In this document: piece by piece, positions 1 to 15,120 of the stretch
Layout of the letters: each line of letters starts with the position of its first letter
How positions within the stretch are numbered: position 1 is the first letter of the stretch
Assembly: GCA_977020255.1 (NCBI GenBank)
Contig: CDROCS010000973.1
Location: 124,001 to 188,000 of the forward strand
Direction of reading: 5' to 3'
Length of the DNA stretch: 64,000 nt
From: Obrimoposthia wandeli
Taxonomy: Eukaryota
Translations under genes and position numbers: made by a program
Notes under the pieces: model-generated
The model's database searches: none
What the model was told of the DNA's origin: nothing
Seen by the model: only the letters and a program-made list of their open reading frames with translations

Positions 1-1249
1 CCAATGCCACTCGCGTTGACAGCAGCAACTACAATCCTCAGGTACCAAAAATGGTCATAAAACTTTTGATAATTAATTGATATAAATGATCTACTTATAT
101 TTGACAATAATAAAACTATAATCAAAATATTGCAGTTGAAATAAAAGTGCATAGTCTCCAATAATCACAAGCCTCTGAGAATATTAAAATGCAATTCCCA
201 TGTTGACCTTAAAATTTAAGATTATGAGAACATATTGAAGTCATATTTTTATTTAACTGGTCATTTCTTTAATCAGAATATTTATTCAAAATAAAATATT
301 TAATAAAAATTGAATAAAACACCTATTTTCACTAACTATTTACTCTCAAATTCAATTATACATTATTAGAAACATTTTTTAAGTTTGTTTACCCTTTTTC
401 CTAAAGAAAATAATACATAATCACACTGTTTAATAAGTATAATCGATCAATTGTAATGTTCAAACATCCTGGATTGATCAAAAGACAAACCCCAAAATGG
501 GCAAAATTAATTCGGGCTCTCGCTGGAGGAAGGCGGCATAAACTTTTGTTATAAGCGTAATGATCTACAAAGTGAAAATAAATTCAATTTTGTCTCCTAA
601 TTTGTCAAACAAGGAAAGTTATCGAAAATCAAACATATTTATAATATATTCAAATTTTCAAACTTATTTTTTGTTTGTTAAAGTTAAAACAGTAACAAAT
701 GTGACACATTTTTAGAATTTAAAAAAAATTAATATGTTTTTTGACAATCACTTCATCTTTAGTAATTTTTGAGGGATTATTTTTAACTTTAGTTACTATC
801 AAAATAGATTTAATTTGTATTTGGAATTGTTTGTATTTACATAAATTTTTAAAACCCTTGACAATGTAGAATTTAAACAACATTATTAGGTATACAATTA
901 ATAATTTAATTTATTTATGTGTCTGATAATATTTTTCGGGAACTTAAATTTTAATATTATGTCTGACTAATTTTTTGAAGAATAATTTGTAAATATGAAT
1001 ATAATTTTTTTACTTTGATCATTTTTATTGTAAGTCAGGAGTTCCGAAATAGTTTTTTTATAGTTTCAACTTTGCTCTCTATAGTGCACAATCAAACATA
1101 TCATTTTGTCTCTCTGATAGATTATCTATTTTAAAACGAAGCTGATACAGTATTTTATCCATTTTTCTTCCGAGGACTAATCGTATTCCATTTAAAACTA
1201 ATTCCGAGTAAACCGTTGCTGGTAAGCAGGCCATCACCCACTCGCACAG

Positions 1250-1489
1250 GACATCTGGAACTGCGGCAGCCAGATGGTGGCTCTCCACTACCAGACGGTG
1301 GGCATGGTGATGGACATACAGGCGGGCTTCTTCATGCGCAACGGCGCTTGTGGCTACGTTCTCAAGCCGGACATGATGCGGCATCAATTGCTACTGGACA
1401 TGACGATGCCGACTGTTGCTGCCACCTCTTCCAGTGCCGCCACTGGACCTCTAGCAGCACCTGCTCCCATGGACTTTCTCAGCATGCAT
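1250..1489 (+). CDS. PLCL: Phospholipase C-like protein, internal exon (end of catalytic Y domain plus linker)
   Basis: Acceptor ctcgcacag|1250, donor 1489|gtgagt, phase 0/0. Translation DIWNCGSQMVALHYQT...FFMRNGACGYVLKPDMMR matches the PI-PLC Y-box end (W..GCQMVALNYQT...NG.CGYVLKP). Confidence 0.9.
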
Positions 1490-2117
1490 GTGAGTCACTG
1501 TATCAGCAAAAAGGTGAAAGTTAGGGAGAAATTTTCAGAAAATATAAAATTTCGTTCATTATTTTATTGACTCTATTATGAAAATGAAAAAGGAAAGTTA
1601 AGTCAAAACCGAAAATGAATAAATAATGATATGAAAAGATAATATTTAAATACTTCAGAAAGTATGGCAAAACTATAGTTTCAGACGATGAAAGGAAAAA
1701 ACACACAATTAAATCTATAAATCATTGATTGTTCCAATTTAATTTTGGGCATTTCACTAGAATGTGTTTTGTATGAAAATCATTACGATACAAAAAATTA
1801 AAAATAGTATAGAAGAACAAAGAATCATTTAGACAAAATTTCTGTGGGTTCTTTATCGCTTAACTAAAAAACTAAGATATAAGGGAAATTAATTACCTAA
1901 GTTACATAATTTTAGATAAAACGATAATGTCTTAAAATCGTTTGAATATGAAATCCAGTCTTTGTTTAGTAATCACTTTTAGTTTATTCCCGTAGAAATA
2001 TATTGCAGAAATTTAAATAGCTTGAAAAATATCGATTTTGGCATCTATCAAAATTTTGGTATTGCACAGCTCTAATTAAGACAGCGTGAATCTGTTTTGA
2101 TTGTGATGCTTCTGCAG

Positions 2118-2433
2118 CAGCAGCAGCAGCAATCACTTCACGTGCGAGTGATTAGTGCCCAACAGCTCCCGAAACCTCGCGGCTCCACTGCCAAAGGTGC
2201 TGTGCTAGACCCTTACGTAGTGGTGCAACTCTGTGGTACACCGTCAGACTGTGCCGAGCAGCGCACAAAAACGGTGCCAGGAAATGCACACAACCCCGTA
2301 TTCGACGAGTCCTTCGAGTTCGATGTCAGCGTTACAGAGCTCGCGCTGTTGCGGTTTTTGGTGCTCGACGATGAGTCCATTGGGGACGACTTCATTGGCC
2401 AGTTCACCATCCCGTTCGACTGTATCCAGACTG
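2118..2433 (+). CDS. PLCL: PLC-like protein, C2-domain exon
   Basis: ttctgcag|2118 in phase 0; [28 protein letters not shown]...[13 protein letters not shown]...[29 protein letters not shown]; donor 2433|gtatgt, phase 1. The exact acceptor within the CAG run is uncertain. Confidence 0.92.
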
Positions 2434-5400
2434 GTATGTTAGAGAAGGGACCTTTTTTGGTTTCTCCTGCAAAAATGTAGCATATACCATACAAGTGTCA
2501 TGGGAAATTTCTATATTATCTTCAATAATCTCTTACACTAAAATATTTTATATATTAAAACTAAAATAAGATAATTTTGTAGGAAATTTAGAAATATATA
2601 TCTGTTTATTCAACTATCATAACTACCATATAAAACAAAATCCAATCAAGAAATATTTATTAGAAAATTTATTACACTCAACAAAATATTTTTGAAATTT
2701 TCACTTTTCAGTCGATTTCATTTTCAGAGTCTGCAATAACATCTGTTAGTTCTTATTTGAGAGTCAAATGAAGCCAGAACTGAACTTTTAAAACGTTTTC
2801 TTCAGATACTTGTGGAAATCGATATTCTTTAATCTTTCTATATTTGTCATTAGATTTTACCGGAATTTGTTTCTGCGAAAAATCCAAAAAGTAACGGACA
2901 GCGTTTTGTGAGCAGGGCTCCGTGATTTCCTTGATACTCTGGCCTGCTATTTCTTGCTGCTGACATTTCCTTGAAAAGAATCCTCAAAACTTCTCTGCTA
3001 TGACTTCTTTACTGAAATTGAACCGTTTTGACGCACTGCCAGTAAATTAGAGTTATATTGCGGTTGCGGCGATCCAAATTTCGGATTGCTGAATTTTCGA
3101 AACTCTCAATTTCTACTTTCAAGAGTTTAAATATTGGAATTATTCTGGGATTTCACTTGCGTTTGTAAGTTGGCTAAATAAAATTACCATATCCAAATTT
3201 ACGATTATTCAAATAAATAGATAAGCAATTGCACCATTTTATTATGAGACCTAAATTGGAACTATTTGTCAACCATTTAAGGAGAGCAATATGTTTTACT
3301 TCTCCACAAATCTTTTCTTAACAACATTTAAAATAAACTGAGACATATACCAAAAAGGCAAATTAATGAAGTACCACGGACTTTGAGAATCAGGAACATG
3401 CTTTTTTAAAGTATGTTTACAAGGGGTTGAATAAACCTTCTTTTTCGCTCAAGTGCCTATTTTATAGATTATTTTACTATCAATTAGAAAGCAAACACTC
3501 CGTATATTCTACACCTTTATACTGTGTTTTTGTATATAGGATTTTCAATAAAAATGAGTTCTAATTATATAATGCAGACCTTTATTGATCTAATTTTAGA
3601 ATTTAATTGAGCTCTAATATCCAAACAATATGTGATTTATTACTCAAAGGGTACTTTCTGTTTTGAAATATTCTTCATAATATTTTTTGAATGGTAAAGT
3701 ATTCAGCTGCTTCTCAAATTTTTCAACGTTTTTACAGTTTCTTATATTCATAGGTAGATTGTTGTAAAGATTCGGAAGATGCATTTCAAATATAATCCGT
3801 CATTGTGTTGGTTATTGGAGAAAATCTTAATATATTTGCCCCAGGCTCGGGTAGATCGTTTAAATATTTGGGCTTTCATGGGAGAATAAAATTTTGATAA
3901 TATAGAAGCATCTTGAAACTAATTCTGGCAAATTTTTGGTTGTAGCTTTTAGATGATAATCAAAATTTGAAGAAAAATAAAATTGGCCCAATATATATTC
4001 ATGGCTTTCATGTTGATTTCATGTTTCGGTTTAAATAGTCGAAAGCTAAAATTAAATTACGTAGTTGTAAATTTAAAAAATTAGGTTCTTTAACGAATGT
4101 TGACATAACTGAAGTACAACATCTTCACATACATTGTCCGAACACACCTTCATGAATGAATGTCATCTTAGTAATTTTTCAACTGAAGTTGCCAGACTGA
4201 CAGTTATGAGTAGCAGATTTGACTATTGACATTGGGGTTGAGAAAGGGGGGAACCCACCATCGTACACCATCGCTATGCTAAACTGCTGACTGCTGTCGA
4301 CATGAACCCAACGATCTACTGGTACCTCTGCATTCCCATTACGCACATTATTATCAATGAAATATTATAAGTATTATTTTCGATCACAATTGTCCAAGAA
4401 CAAGCTAAATACTCTTTTGAAAACGTAGTTGCAACGCGATACAGATATAAACATCGAAACTGTAATTAACGAACATGCCACTCATTACAGAAAGCGGTCT
4501 TTTTGCTTTGTAAATTATCATTAGTACCGTCTAATTGTTGCTTATGTCGATTGTCCAATGGAAATGTTTACCGAATATTTTCAAATCCTCTCGTTCGTGC
4601 TACTCATATAACATGGAACAAAAATGATAGCCCAAGTAAGTTCTGAAGGCAACAGATGAACTCAATTAAAATTATCATAACAGACGACAGGAGTGGGACT
4701 TTTTTGTCACCTTAAAATCCTTGCTAAGTACTTGGATATGATGACAGAATTCACTTATTTCTACTACATTGTGACGAATAATAATAATTTTAATATTTTA
4801 CAATAATGAATATTTTCTCAAGTAATTAGCGACAAGTATTTTCAAAACTGAAACTAATTGAAAGTTGAAAATAATTTCTATCAAATATATTTACCACAAA
4901 TTAATTTCATTTTGAGTCGAACTGGACGAAATATTTTAAAGACTAACCAGAATTTAATTTCTAATCTCCCGGACTTCAGGTAGTAAACACAACAAGTTTT
5001 ACTTTTATGATTAATTAATTTCCCCAAAAAATATCTACTGTAATGTCAGAAAAATTGATTTAGTAATTAAAATTTTAGTCTGAGCTTTAATGTAGACTTT
5101 AATGAAGTTTCAATATTGTGTGGTTTGACCTGAATTTCTAGAAGCAGATGTGTCGAGACCTGATCAGTTTGTACCCCAATCTGGGAGCATTAATCAGGTC
5201 AGCATCTGATGACAACTCGGCTCGATTTCCTTGATTTGACCCAGTTCTTAGGTCACGATGATTGGGAGAGTTTGATCTCCGGCAAGATGAGCTACATTTG
5301 TAGTAACTAGGGAGAGTCATTTGGCCACTATTTTAAATCAACTCTAAATCGGTGTTGATAAATTTGTAAGCAACGAATTGAAAATTGATAATTTAGTTAT

Positions 5401-6639
5401 TTTTCACAATTTTATTGTTGTTTAAAGAAAATGATAATAAAAATTTCCTCTCGACAATGTATTGTTTGTAAACATTTTGATAAATTACCTACACGTCCAG
5501 TGAATATTATTATTGTATTCGCTGTTTAGATTGTTCAATATAACAACAACAAAACTACATCGGCATAAATTTTACACGACCATCTCCGATATCAATAGAA
5601 ATAAAATAATCCAGATTTCAAACTATAGTTTACATAAATTTAAATAAGTGGAAGATGTCGCGCTATGGTGAGTGCCTTTTAAACTGTGAATCGCGTCAAT
5701 TATTATCGATTTTACCATCAATACTCAGTATTTTATTTTGCCAAGTAAATGTCTTGTTCTACAACTATAGCGCGAAAAAACCCCTTGGCATAAAGATAAC
5801 CTTGGTATAAGCTATTGGCACATAACTCGACTTTGCTACAATTTTAACTCACATGATATTGTGCCTCCAAAGCTCTTCGTAATGCTACTTGAATAGGGAA
5901 ATCGTCAACTTGTATTGTGTTACTTCTTAATTTGATAAAAAAAATTTAAACCATTTTAGGAACGTCTGTAGCTAGATATTCCCCAGAAAACCACTATACT
6001 CTAAACACTTATGCTACCTGGTTTTTATTATTTTTAAGCATATCTAGTGTTCTGCTTCAGACCAAATCTACCAACAAAAATTATTTAACATTTATATAAA
6101 TAGAGAAATTGACATTTATATATCCAGGTGTGGTTTTCGAGCGTAATATATGTGCTTTGGTAGAATTAAAATGTAAATCACAATTGCGCCTCATAAAATA
6201 TCATTAAAAATATGCACTCAGTAACAGAAAATGGGTACACTCCGGTCATACGCTAATATAACGTTATTTCACCTGCATAATTCTAATTTATATGTTTTAA
6301 TGCAGCGAAAATTATTTTAAAATCTAACCACTGACTTGAAATAATGTCAAAGTTATCAGATTTAAAGAGAGGAACATTTATCGGTCGACTGAAGATGTTG
6401 CCTTCGGCTAGAGACGCCCATAATACATGTATCCAATTCAACAGTATAAAATGGCTGAAGCGATATTGTGAAGAACGTATTAATTTTTTTTTCTAATTTT
6501 CATAACGTTTTCAGGCAGTGGTTTCTTAAAAAGCTGAAAATCGTTCCAGTTAAAAGATTATGGGCAAATTCATTGTGTTTATATTTCTGTGTTGAAGGTT
6601 CAAAATTTACCTTCTTCTCTTAAAACTAAATGGAGAGGA

Positions 6640-7080
6640 AAATTTGTCTCAAGAATATTCAGATTGGAAAGACGAATGTAATAGTGCTCTTAAGTCAGAT
6701 GAAAGTCGATTTGAGTTAGATTTTCCTAAGGATTACATTAGAGTGCGTATTTGCCTTGTGGTTTGATAAAGGAACAATAATGATATAGGTTGCTATGTGG
6801 TGCAATGTAAAAAACGGAATGTTTCATGATCGAAAGAAACTTTTCACACGAACAATGTATCGAGAATTTTTTTTACCATTCACCTCACAACCATGACAAC
6901 TAAAACAAATATTGATAGAAGAATGAAATAAAATATATATCAATATCATCAGAATTTCAATGGATTATGTACCAAGAAGAAAATCTGAAAGTGTTTCTAA
7001 ACAATGTTGATCCACTCGTTTATCACTTTAATCTGATAGACTTGAAATTGTTTTAATGTATAAATTAGGTGTAGCCATTG
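6640..7080 (+). mobile_element. Decayed Tc1-like transposase remnant
   Basis: tca gat gaa agt cga ttt gag tta = SDESRFEL at 6695-6718, the Tc1 first catalytic-Asp motif; surrounding sequence is broken. Boundaries approximate. Confidence 0.6.
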
Positions 7081-9559
7081 TTATGTAGTTGAATGTTTAT
7101 ACAGCTCTGTATCACATCATATACGTCTGGAATCAGAGAAAGTAAGAATACTTAACCAATCATATTCTTTAAATTTTATGGATTTCACATAATATTTCAA
7201 TAATATGTTTAAAGTTCAGGGAAAAATCCGTACAAAAAGAGGTTACCAAATTTTTATTTTATATTGTCACATCCTCATTTATAGCAAATTTCTATATTCG
7301 TTTCGTTATCCTTAATATAAATCCTGGTGTTGGAAAATTATTTAATATAAAAAATTAAAAGTCGAGAAGGTTTATACAGTAGAACCAACTTGACCTAGAA
7401 AGTAAATTAATCAGGAAAATGTCCATAATACGATGAGAATTAAATTTTTTTTTGAGAAGTCATATTCTTTTTAGTCGACACAGTCATCAACCCTAGTTAG
7501 CAGCCGATACCACAATGGAAAGCATAGAGTTAGTTAGAAGAAGCCTCTTTACAGAGAATTAGAATCTTAGTAACCATCCTTGACTTAGTTTTCTATTTTT
7601 ATTTGATCCCCCCTGTTCTCATACATTGTGAATAGTACTGAGGCTTCGGGAAGTTGACTAATGCGCAAGGACTTGTGACCACTTGAAGGCTTATTGTTTA
7701 CCAAGCACGACTGTCAGGACCAATATAATTTTTTTTTGAAAACTTCAAAACACGATCCCAGCTGGCTGACTTTGAATATATACATACATTCTCTATATTT
7801 GACATTTTTAAATAAATAAAACGTACATATTCAAATTTACACATATTCAAATGTTCATTATTTATTATATAATATAACAATATACATAACAATAATTTAA
7901 CAACATGTAGATCAACCTTCCAAATATAGATATTTTAATTGTGTAGTTAAATAACATTTTATTGTAATATATATGTTTTCAAATAGGCATTTTAAATATA
8001 TTAGTTTGCTAGTGAATTTGTAGCTTTGAAGTCAATGCTTTTTGAAATGTCTTGAAAAATATTTGTTGGTGCATTGTATCGTGATGTATAAAGGCACAAA
8101 TATACTACTAACACGTGTTATGGAATTTCCAGATCCAATTTTAGGTTCTTCAATTGAAATAAATCTCAACTTAAATAACCAGTGGCCCTAAATATTGGTG
8201 TGGCCTCAGACCATAAATAACTTTGGTAATAAACTATGTTGAGGGAATCAATTATCAAGGGAATTTAATTGTCTAATCGATATTAGTGCAGCTTTTTGTC
8301 AGGGTGCCCTATGTATGCAGATAGGTCTAGAGAGGTCCATAGGGGTGGGCAGTCAAGACTGGCAGGTTAATCTGTCAACAGATAAGAAACTGAAGATTGA
8401 TGGGAAAATACCGATAGAGCGATGAAAAGTGGTGGGAGTCAGAACAAGGGAGGCATTTGTCAGCATTGTGGAACACTCTGGTAAATATAGAACTTTATGT
8501 GCAAGATGTCTTTGATTTTAGCTCTTATTTTAACTGTAATTATTTTTCGAAAAAAAGGGATACATTAATGTGACTAAATAATGGTGAGTGTTAAAGTTTT
8601 ACAAATGGTGCTCACTTATTAATATGTCGATACAGAAATATCGAAAAGAAACCTTCAAAAGTGGACTGTAGTTTCGAAGGTACAAATAAAGCACTAGATA
8701 ATGCACTTTTATTTCAGAAAGAGTCCAAACATAATGGTACTTAGTCAGATTAGCAAGGTTTAAACATACAGTATACTTCATTTTCGAAGCATCGATAATT
8801 TATGGATACCTATCACTTAGAATACGCGTGTAAATCAAAGATTTAACCCTAAAACTGTTCACAAATTGCCATTGACGTGGGTTTCACCGTAGTAATTTAG
8901 CAATTACCACATATTTTCTGGCATTATCCGTCCATACCCGGATATTGAAGACGATCCATTACTTCTGTTGTGGTGCTACTGTCAGTGATGCGGCGATCAC
9001 ATTTGATTAAATCAAACAAGACTTCACGGATTAACTTATCATCTGCATCAATATATCTTATTGGCCTTTGTCTGAGACTTCATCAATTACTGTGGATCAA
9101 TTTGAATGTCACCAATAATTTGTATTGATTGGTTTTGTATTGTTTATGACGTGTACGTAAAGTTTTAATCGATTTTTTCATATTATTTGAAAGATTTCAA
9201 TTTCCTACTTTAATTATAAAATGTATTAGACTTGCGAAATTGGATCTTCAATAGTCTCAATCTTATGAGAGTCAATTTTGGTTTATCCTAGATCAAATTT
9301 AAAACCAATAAATATTTTTACAAACTCATCAATATAATGTCCTAGAATTGAGTCTCTATCGCATTTTAAAGAATTACATATTTTATCTGTTCTTTCTTTT
9401 GAGGAGAACCGTTTCATCATAAAAAAAACGAATTCAAATTTCATTCCTCCTGACGCTTTATTCCGAATGTCTTTATTGTCGATTCCATCTATTAAAGTCT
9501 GGTTTTATTTTCTTTACAACAATTAATTCCAAAACTTCCTCCTTTCATTCCACCACACA

Positions 9560-9720
9560 TTTGTTCTTAACCTTCCCAAAGGTTGTTGATGAATACTCGA
9601 AAAAACTCTACTCAAATTTAAACTACTCTCTAAATAGCGTTCTAGAAGATGAACCTTGTGTTGGTCGTCTTAATACCCCATTACAAGAGGACAATGTTTA
9701 AAATGTTCGCATTTTTGGTG
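9560..9720 (+). mobile_element. Decayed mariner-like remnant
   Basis: LEDEPCVGR resembles the mariner N-terminal LEDEPRSGRP motif; no intact ORF. Confidence 0.4.
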
Positions 9721-12700
9721 AAATTGTTGAGATTTATATTAAATTAGATCATCTTCCGGAGGCCCCCGATGTGAGTTCTGTAGCGATAGGGCTTACATAT
9801 GTATGTGGCCTACCTATTTACCGAATTCTAGTCTCAATATCTGAATAAACCTCAGAATAAACATCATTAATCCAATTAAAATCACTTTTTGACAACGAAA
9901 TACCAGTTTTTTATATCGGTAACGAACTCTAGAAGGAATTTTCGAGTCTTGGTTAATGCTTTGAAGTGGTCTGGTGAGTATGGTAGATGCCACAGAGTTC
10001 TTTAGCACAATTCGTTCAGTTTTTGTAGTGATTTGTGAAACACGTGGTAGAGCTTTAAGTTTAAAGCTTTTCTGCATAGTGAACTCGCTGTAATTTATGT
10101 TAAATTTTGTCAATGTATTGATAGGATTTCTCCACAGGGAAAGTTTGGTTTCTATCTAGAAAGTATTTATTGAGAACTAAATAATTTTCATAATCTTCTG
10201 TTAGGGCAACTTCGACATTCATAAGATTATCTTGGAATAAACATGTCAACAATACTTCCAAATGTAATAATAGGAATAATACATAACATAAAACAGGCAC
10301 GAAAGTAGGGGATAGGTCGGGTTTAATCTATTTCCCTTCCACTAGACATGTAAATGTGAAATTGTACTTGTGTCGGGAGGGAAATGTATATTAATGTGTG
10401 TTGAAACCTACGTATGTCTAGAATATTTTCAAACTGAGACATGTATATACTTTCACCCGCTCAACAGCAGGTAACTAGTGGCGAACAGTACAGTGTTCAA
10501 AGTTATAGAATTGTAAGATGGAGAGATGTGGATACTTGATTTCTATCAAGAGCGAGTTTGAACAGGTGACTGCCATTATTGGCCTATCATTTAGGTTAGA
10601 ATGGCTTCTGAAATTCCATACTGATCTTTTGGACGTTGACAGCGTTGGCGTACTGGTAAATTAACCATTTTTATTGGATAAAAATACTTCACAAATATTT
10701 AAAAATCACCACAAGCAATAAGTATAGAGTAACTAATGATAATTTATACAACAAAAAACACACAAAATCTCCCAAGGCGATGGTGTACGGTGGTCTGTTC
10801 CTACTTCCTCAATCCCAACGTTGATAGACAAATCTACTTCTCATGGCTACCGAGCTTGTTTTGATTTAGAAAATAATTATGGACCATATTTTAGTTATAC
10901 GTCTTATGTATAACGTTTAGATGATGAGTCCTTTCACGGCCGATTTTTAAACGAAGAAATCACTTTATTTTGATGTTGAATTACATGTGTAATAATATTT
11001 ATACCATGTACTACACAACGATCCCATTTGGGCACAAGCTAAAATATTAAAAAATAAATAAATGTGTCATGTTATTTTCTTAGATGTCTTAGCTCAGTCA
11101 AAATACTTATAATATGTGAAATTCAGGTTTATACAAATATTTCTAAGCAGGTTTTAAAAATAATCTACTGATAAAAGATTCTTTAGATTTAAAATAATTT
11201 TAGTCGATTGATTCATCTTGGCTTATTTGTAGTGTGTTTATATTTAGGTAATACATTTTAATATTTATAAAAATTCAATGTTGTGTCGGTTATCTTTTGT
11301 ATTGAAAAATCCGAGAAAATAGACTCATTAAGAAATATAGCGATTTTTATCGAATCTTATTTACACAAACTCAAGAAAAATCAATCATTCTCGAGCACAG
11401 CTGCTAATGACGCTAAGTTCATTCTTTCCATTTTGTTTAGATACTTTATGAAATTCTAAATGAGTATAAATTAAGACTTAACAAACTACCAGGCCAATTT
11501 CGATAATCTGTGTGAAAGTTAACATTAAGAAAACAGTTTATAACAAGAATAAACTATCCAAAGTATTAAAATTTAATTGCTGAACCAAACTTAATTAATC
11601 CATATTCTCTATCCTATGCTACTAGAAATTATAAGTAGTGTATATTTCAACTAAATATGATTTATTTTTGATTCAAAGTGTAATTTATTTTAACGTGTTT
11701 ACATTGATCAAAACTTAAACCTAAAAAATTATCATTAAAGCCATTAAATAAAAATGCGGTTATTAAAGAAAATTGCGAAAATATGTTCAAGATGTTATTC
11801 TACATTTTAAATATTTGCCTATTCAAAAATTTCAAGCAAAATAATTCCATTTTTGTAGTTATAGAAAATGTAAATATATAAGACAAAATTTCATTTCGAA
11901 AAAGATGTTCCTGTTCAATAGGTCAATGCATGTATTCTATCAATAATACCATTGTCCCGAACTAAAATAGAATTAAACACACAATATACAGATATAAACA
12001 AATAAAATTTTGAATTTATATAAAGTTGTCTATATTTATAGTGCTGTCCAAGAACATATTCTATTAAGAAAGTTGACTAAAATAATTAAATTAAATAAAA
12101 ATGACTTATCCATACTGACAAAGGAAATCAAAATCAAGATTAATTGACCTGGTCAAGGTCATCTCACGTGTTGTGTAACTTAGTTATGTAGCCAGGTAAG
12201 AAGAGTATTGCATTGTACGTGTCTGAAATTTGCTGAGCCAATTACCAGCAGCGAAAGCCATCGACAATCGTGAAGAGAATACAATTGACACTTAGCACTC
12301 AGGAAAGGAACAAAATTAACACCTTTTTGTCAATTGTTCCTAAACTCACAGTAGACTGTGTTGTACTGACTTTGTTACATTACATTTTATCTTTAATTTA
12401 ATTTACTTCTTATAGAACGCCAACATATTTGTGACAGAATAGCGTATAAGCAACCCACACAGTTGTGGTAATTTCTTCTACAGAATAATCTGTAAGTCGC
12501 ATCAACTTTATCCTGCTGAGGAGGTCCCATATACAGACGGTCGCCTTCAGATTAGAGACAAAATCAGAGTATTCCCTGCATACAAATGCAATAACTTTCA
12601 AAAGAAGTGTATATAACTCCAGCGCCAGAGATTTCAGCCTCTAACCATTATCCAACTGATGGTGAGAATTAAAGTGGAAGAAACAAAGAAACAAAAATAT

Positions 12701-13341
12701 CATCGAATATCAAAGGGAACTGTGCAAAATGGGTGGAATAGATTGTCGAAAAATAATTGAGTTTTGATAATTGAACTTTGAAGATAAATCTGAGTTCAAA
12801 TATATTCCGTGTAAAATATTCGGATCTGAATCTAGTAATGTAGATTCAGCAATGACTACCAATGCCAGTAAAAGTTGGAAAAAGACAACTGAAAAGTTTT
12901 TAAAACATCAATTAAGTTCTTAGACCAATGGTGCTGCTGAAAAATTAAGTCAACGTTTCTTGATAAAAAAAACAATGTAATAATTAAATGTTTCTTTGAA
13001 GTTTTATTTTTTTATTAAAAGGTCACATAGCTCAGCTGAAGAAGATCTGTACTGTTTTATTTTGCACTGCGTGTTAATTAAGAATGGTAAATGATTTTGG
13101 TGGACATTTTAAATTGAAAACAAAACATAGCAAAGAAAATATTATTTTTTGAAATTGTTGAAAATATTTCTCCACGAAACAGGACATGATGTTTTTTTAT
13201 GTAAAACCTTTTTTGAAACGCACTTTGGTCTGTAGGATTTTTAAAAGTGGCCAAGTAAAATTGAAAGGTTACTTATTGGATTGTTGGTCTTCTTCTAACT
13301 TATGTGATACCATTAGACACAACTGACCTTCTTGTATGCAG

Positions 13342-13439
13342 GTTATCGTCACGTGAATCTACTCAGCTCCTCGGGCGAAAAACTGAACAATTCACGCATA
13401 TTTGTCCACGTCGCCATAACCAACAGACGAGGAGGAGGG
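13342..13439 (+). CDS. PLCL: PLC-like protein, exon completing the C2 domain
   Basis: tgtatgcag|GT TAT CGT CAC completes the phase-1 Gly; [33 protein letters not shown]; donor |gtgggt. The [13 protein letters not shown] ending is what I recall for the PLCL1/2 (PRIP) subfamily. Confidence 0.88.
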
Positions 13440-14978
13440 GTGGGTGAATCATAGGACATATTTCTTAATATCTATAGCTGAATAAAATGTAATTTTTGAT
13501 CATATCTACAATGATATTTTGAAATTTAACTTACCATGTTTGTCATTCAAAAGAAGCAATGGTATTTTTATGCTGCAAAATTTTATACCGGAAATGTGAC
13601 AATAACAATAATATATTTAATATAGCACTAATATGTAATACATCTATGATCTATTACTCAAATCCGTCACTTGTTTTTTTATTTACCTTTGTAATATTTT
13701 CTATAGATATTTTTTGAATTTTTGTAAAGATAAGAAGCAAAAAAATTAAATATTCTATCACTTTTCTCTAATTTGAATATGTCTCTATTTGCAAGAAATT
13801 TAATTGATAAGCTGGAATACTAAACAGTATATAATTTTTGTTTAAATGTATTTTAATATATTTTAGTAAATTTCTACTCTATCGAAACACATTATGAAAT
13901 TGTAGGTATGAAACTTATCATATTTGTTTGTATTTAGGAATCGTAATTTCGGGGAATTTATTATTATTATTCTATTAGATCTTAACTGACTGTTTCTCCA
14001 TATTTTGATTAAAAAATTCTTTAATTCACTATCTCGATAGAAATATCGAGATGTTCAGAAAACATACTTTGAAACACAAAATAACGATTTGACATATACG
14101 TAATAAAACAGTATATTTAGTTAAAGCAATTATTTATTAGTTAAATTCTGTTGTGTAAACATGAAATTATTTTATTGATTTCCAATAAATTCCATTGTTG
14201 CAGAAGTGAGCCAAGTATTTCCTATTGGCTTTTACAAAGATTCAAATATCTGACTAAGTCATTTAACTGGCCTTGACTTATTAATAAATGTTCTCTATAC
14301 ATCGGAATTTCATTATCAGAAACCGTGATCATTTTTTAAAAAAGGATAATATAATTAAAATACGTTAACTTTAATAACTTTTGACATGAATTTAGCCTTA
14401 ACTATTCCCTAAAGTGCTAGATTCATTAGATGACAAATTTTCATGTTGCGCTGCGTTATTCTTCAATGTTCAGTGTTCTTATTTGCAAGAGTTGAAATAA
14501 AAATATTAAGTAAAAATTACATAATTTAAAAAACTAAGAAAAAATAGAAAAAAATACATTTACATGGAATATTGTGAACGAACTTATTCGTGACCCATTT
14601 CCAATTTAGTTCGTAGTTAATTTTAAGAGTGATTTTTCATAATTACAGTCTTTTATAGTATTAAATTACAATTTTAAATTAAGATATATTTTAGATTTTT
14701 TCTGTGAATTCTGATTTTTGCCCAAATTCTTTGGTCTGATGCAAAAATGATTCACGGTAAATGGGCCAGATATATACCGATCTTATTGGCGTCATTTGTC
14801 AGACGATATTCTCAAGCGAGTCAGAAGTCAAAAACGAGGTTGTGACATCTTAATTTGGAGAATATTCGATGGGTTTGGTCATTTCCGTATACACTATGCT
14901 GAAAATCAATAAAAAGCTAAGGAATATGTCAAATTGCTTCAGGAAAAAGTCACAACTGTTGTAAGAAATGAGGATTAT

Positions 14979-15120
14979 GATATTGTCTTTCGACATGATA
15001 ATGTGTCGACACATACAGTGACAATTACAAAGATTATCTGGCAAATAACAGCATTCCTAATATACAATGGCCAATATTAGTCTAGGTCTTAACCACATAG
15101 AGAATTTATGGGGAAATTTA
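14979..15120 (+). mobile_element. Decayed Tc1-like transposase remnant (C-terminal DDE region)
   Basis: IVFRHDNVSTHT...QWP...LNHIENLWG resembles Tc1 FQQDNAPCHT...WPAQSPDLNPIENLW; frameshifted. Confidence 0.7.

Noticed and set aside
1079-1524. ORFs 1079-1387 (-) and 1216-1524 (+)
   Set aside because: Antisense or alternative-frame shadows of the GC-rich PLCL exon.
12146-12163. TGACCT-n5-AGGTCA / TCAAGGTCA nuclear-receptor-like site in a PLCL intron
   Set aside because: Single short motif with no conservation evidence; plausible by chance.
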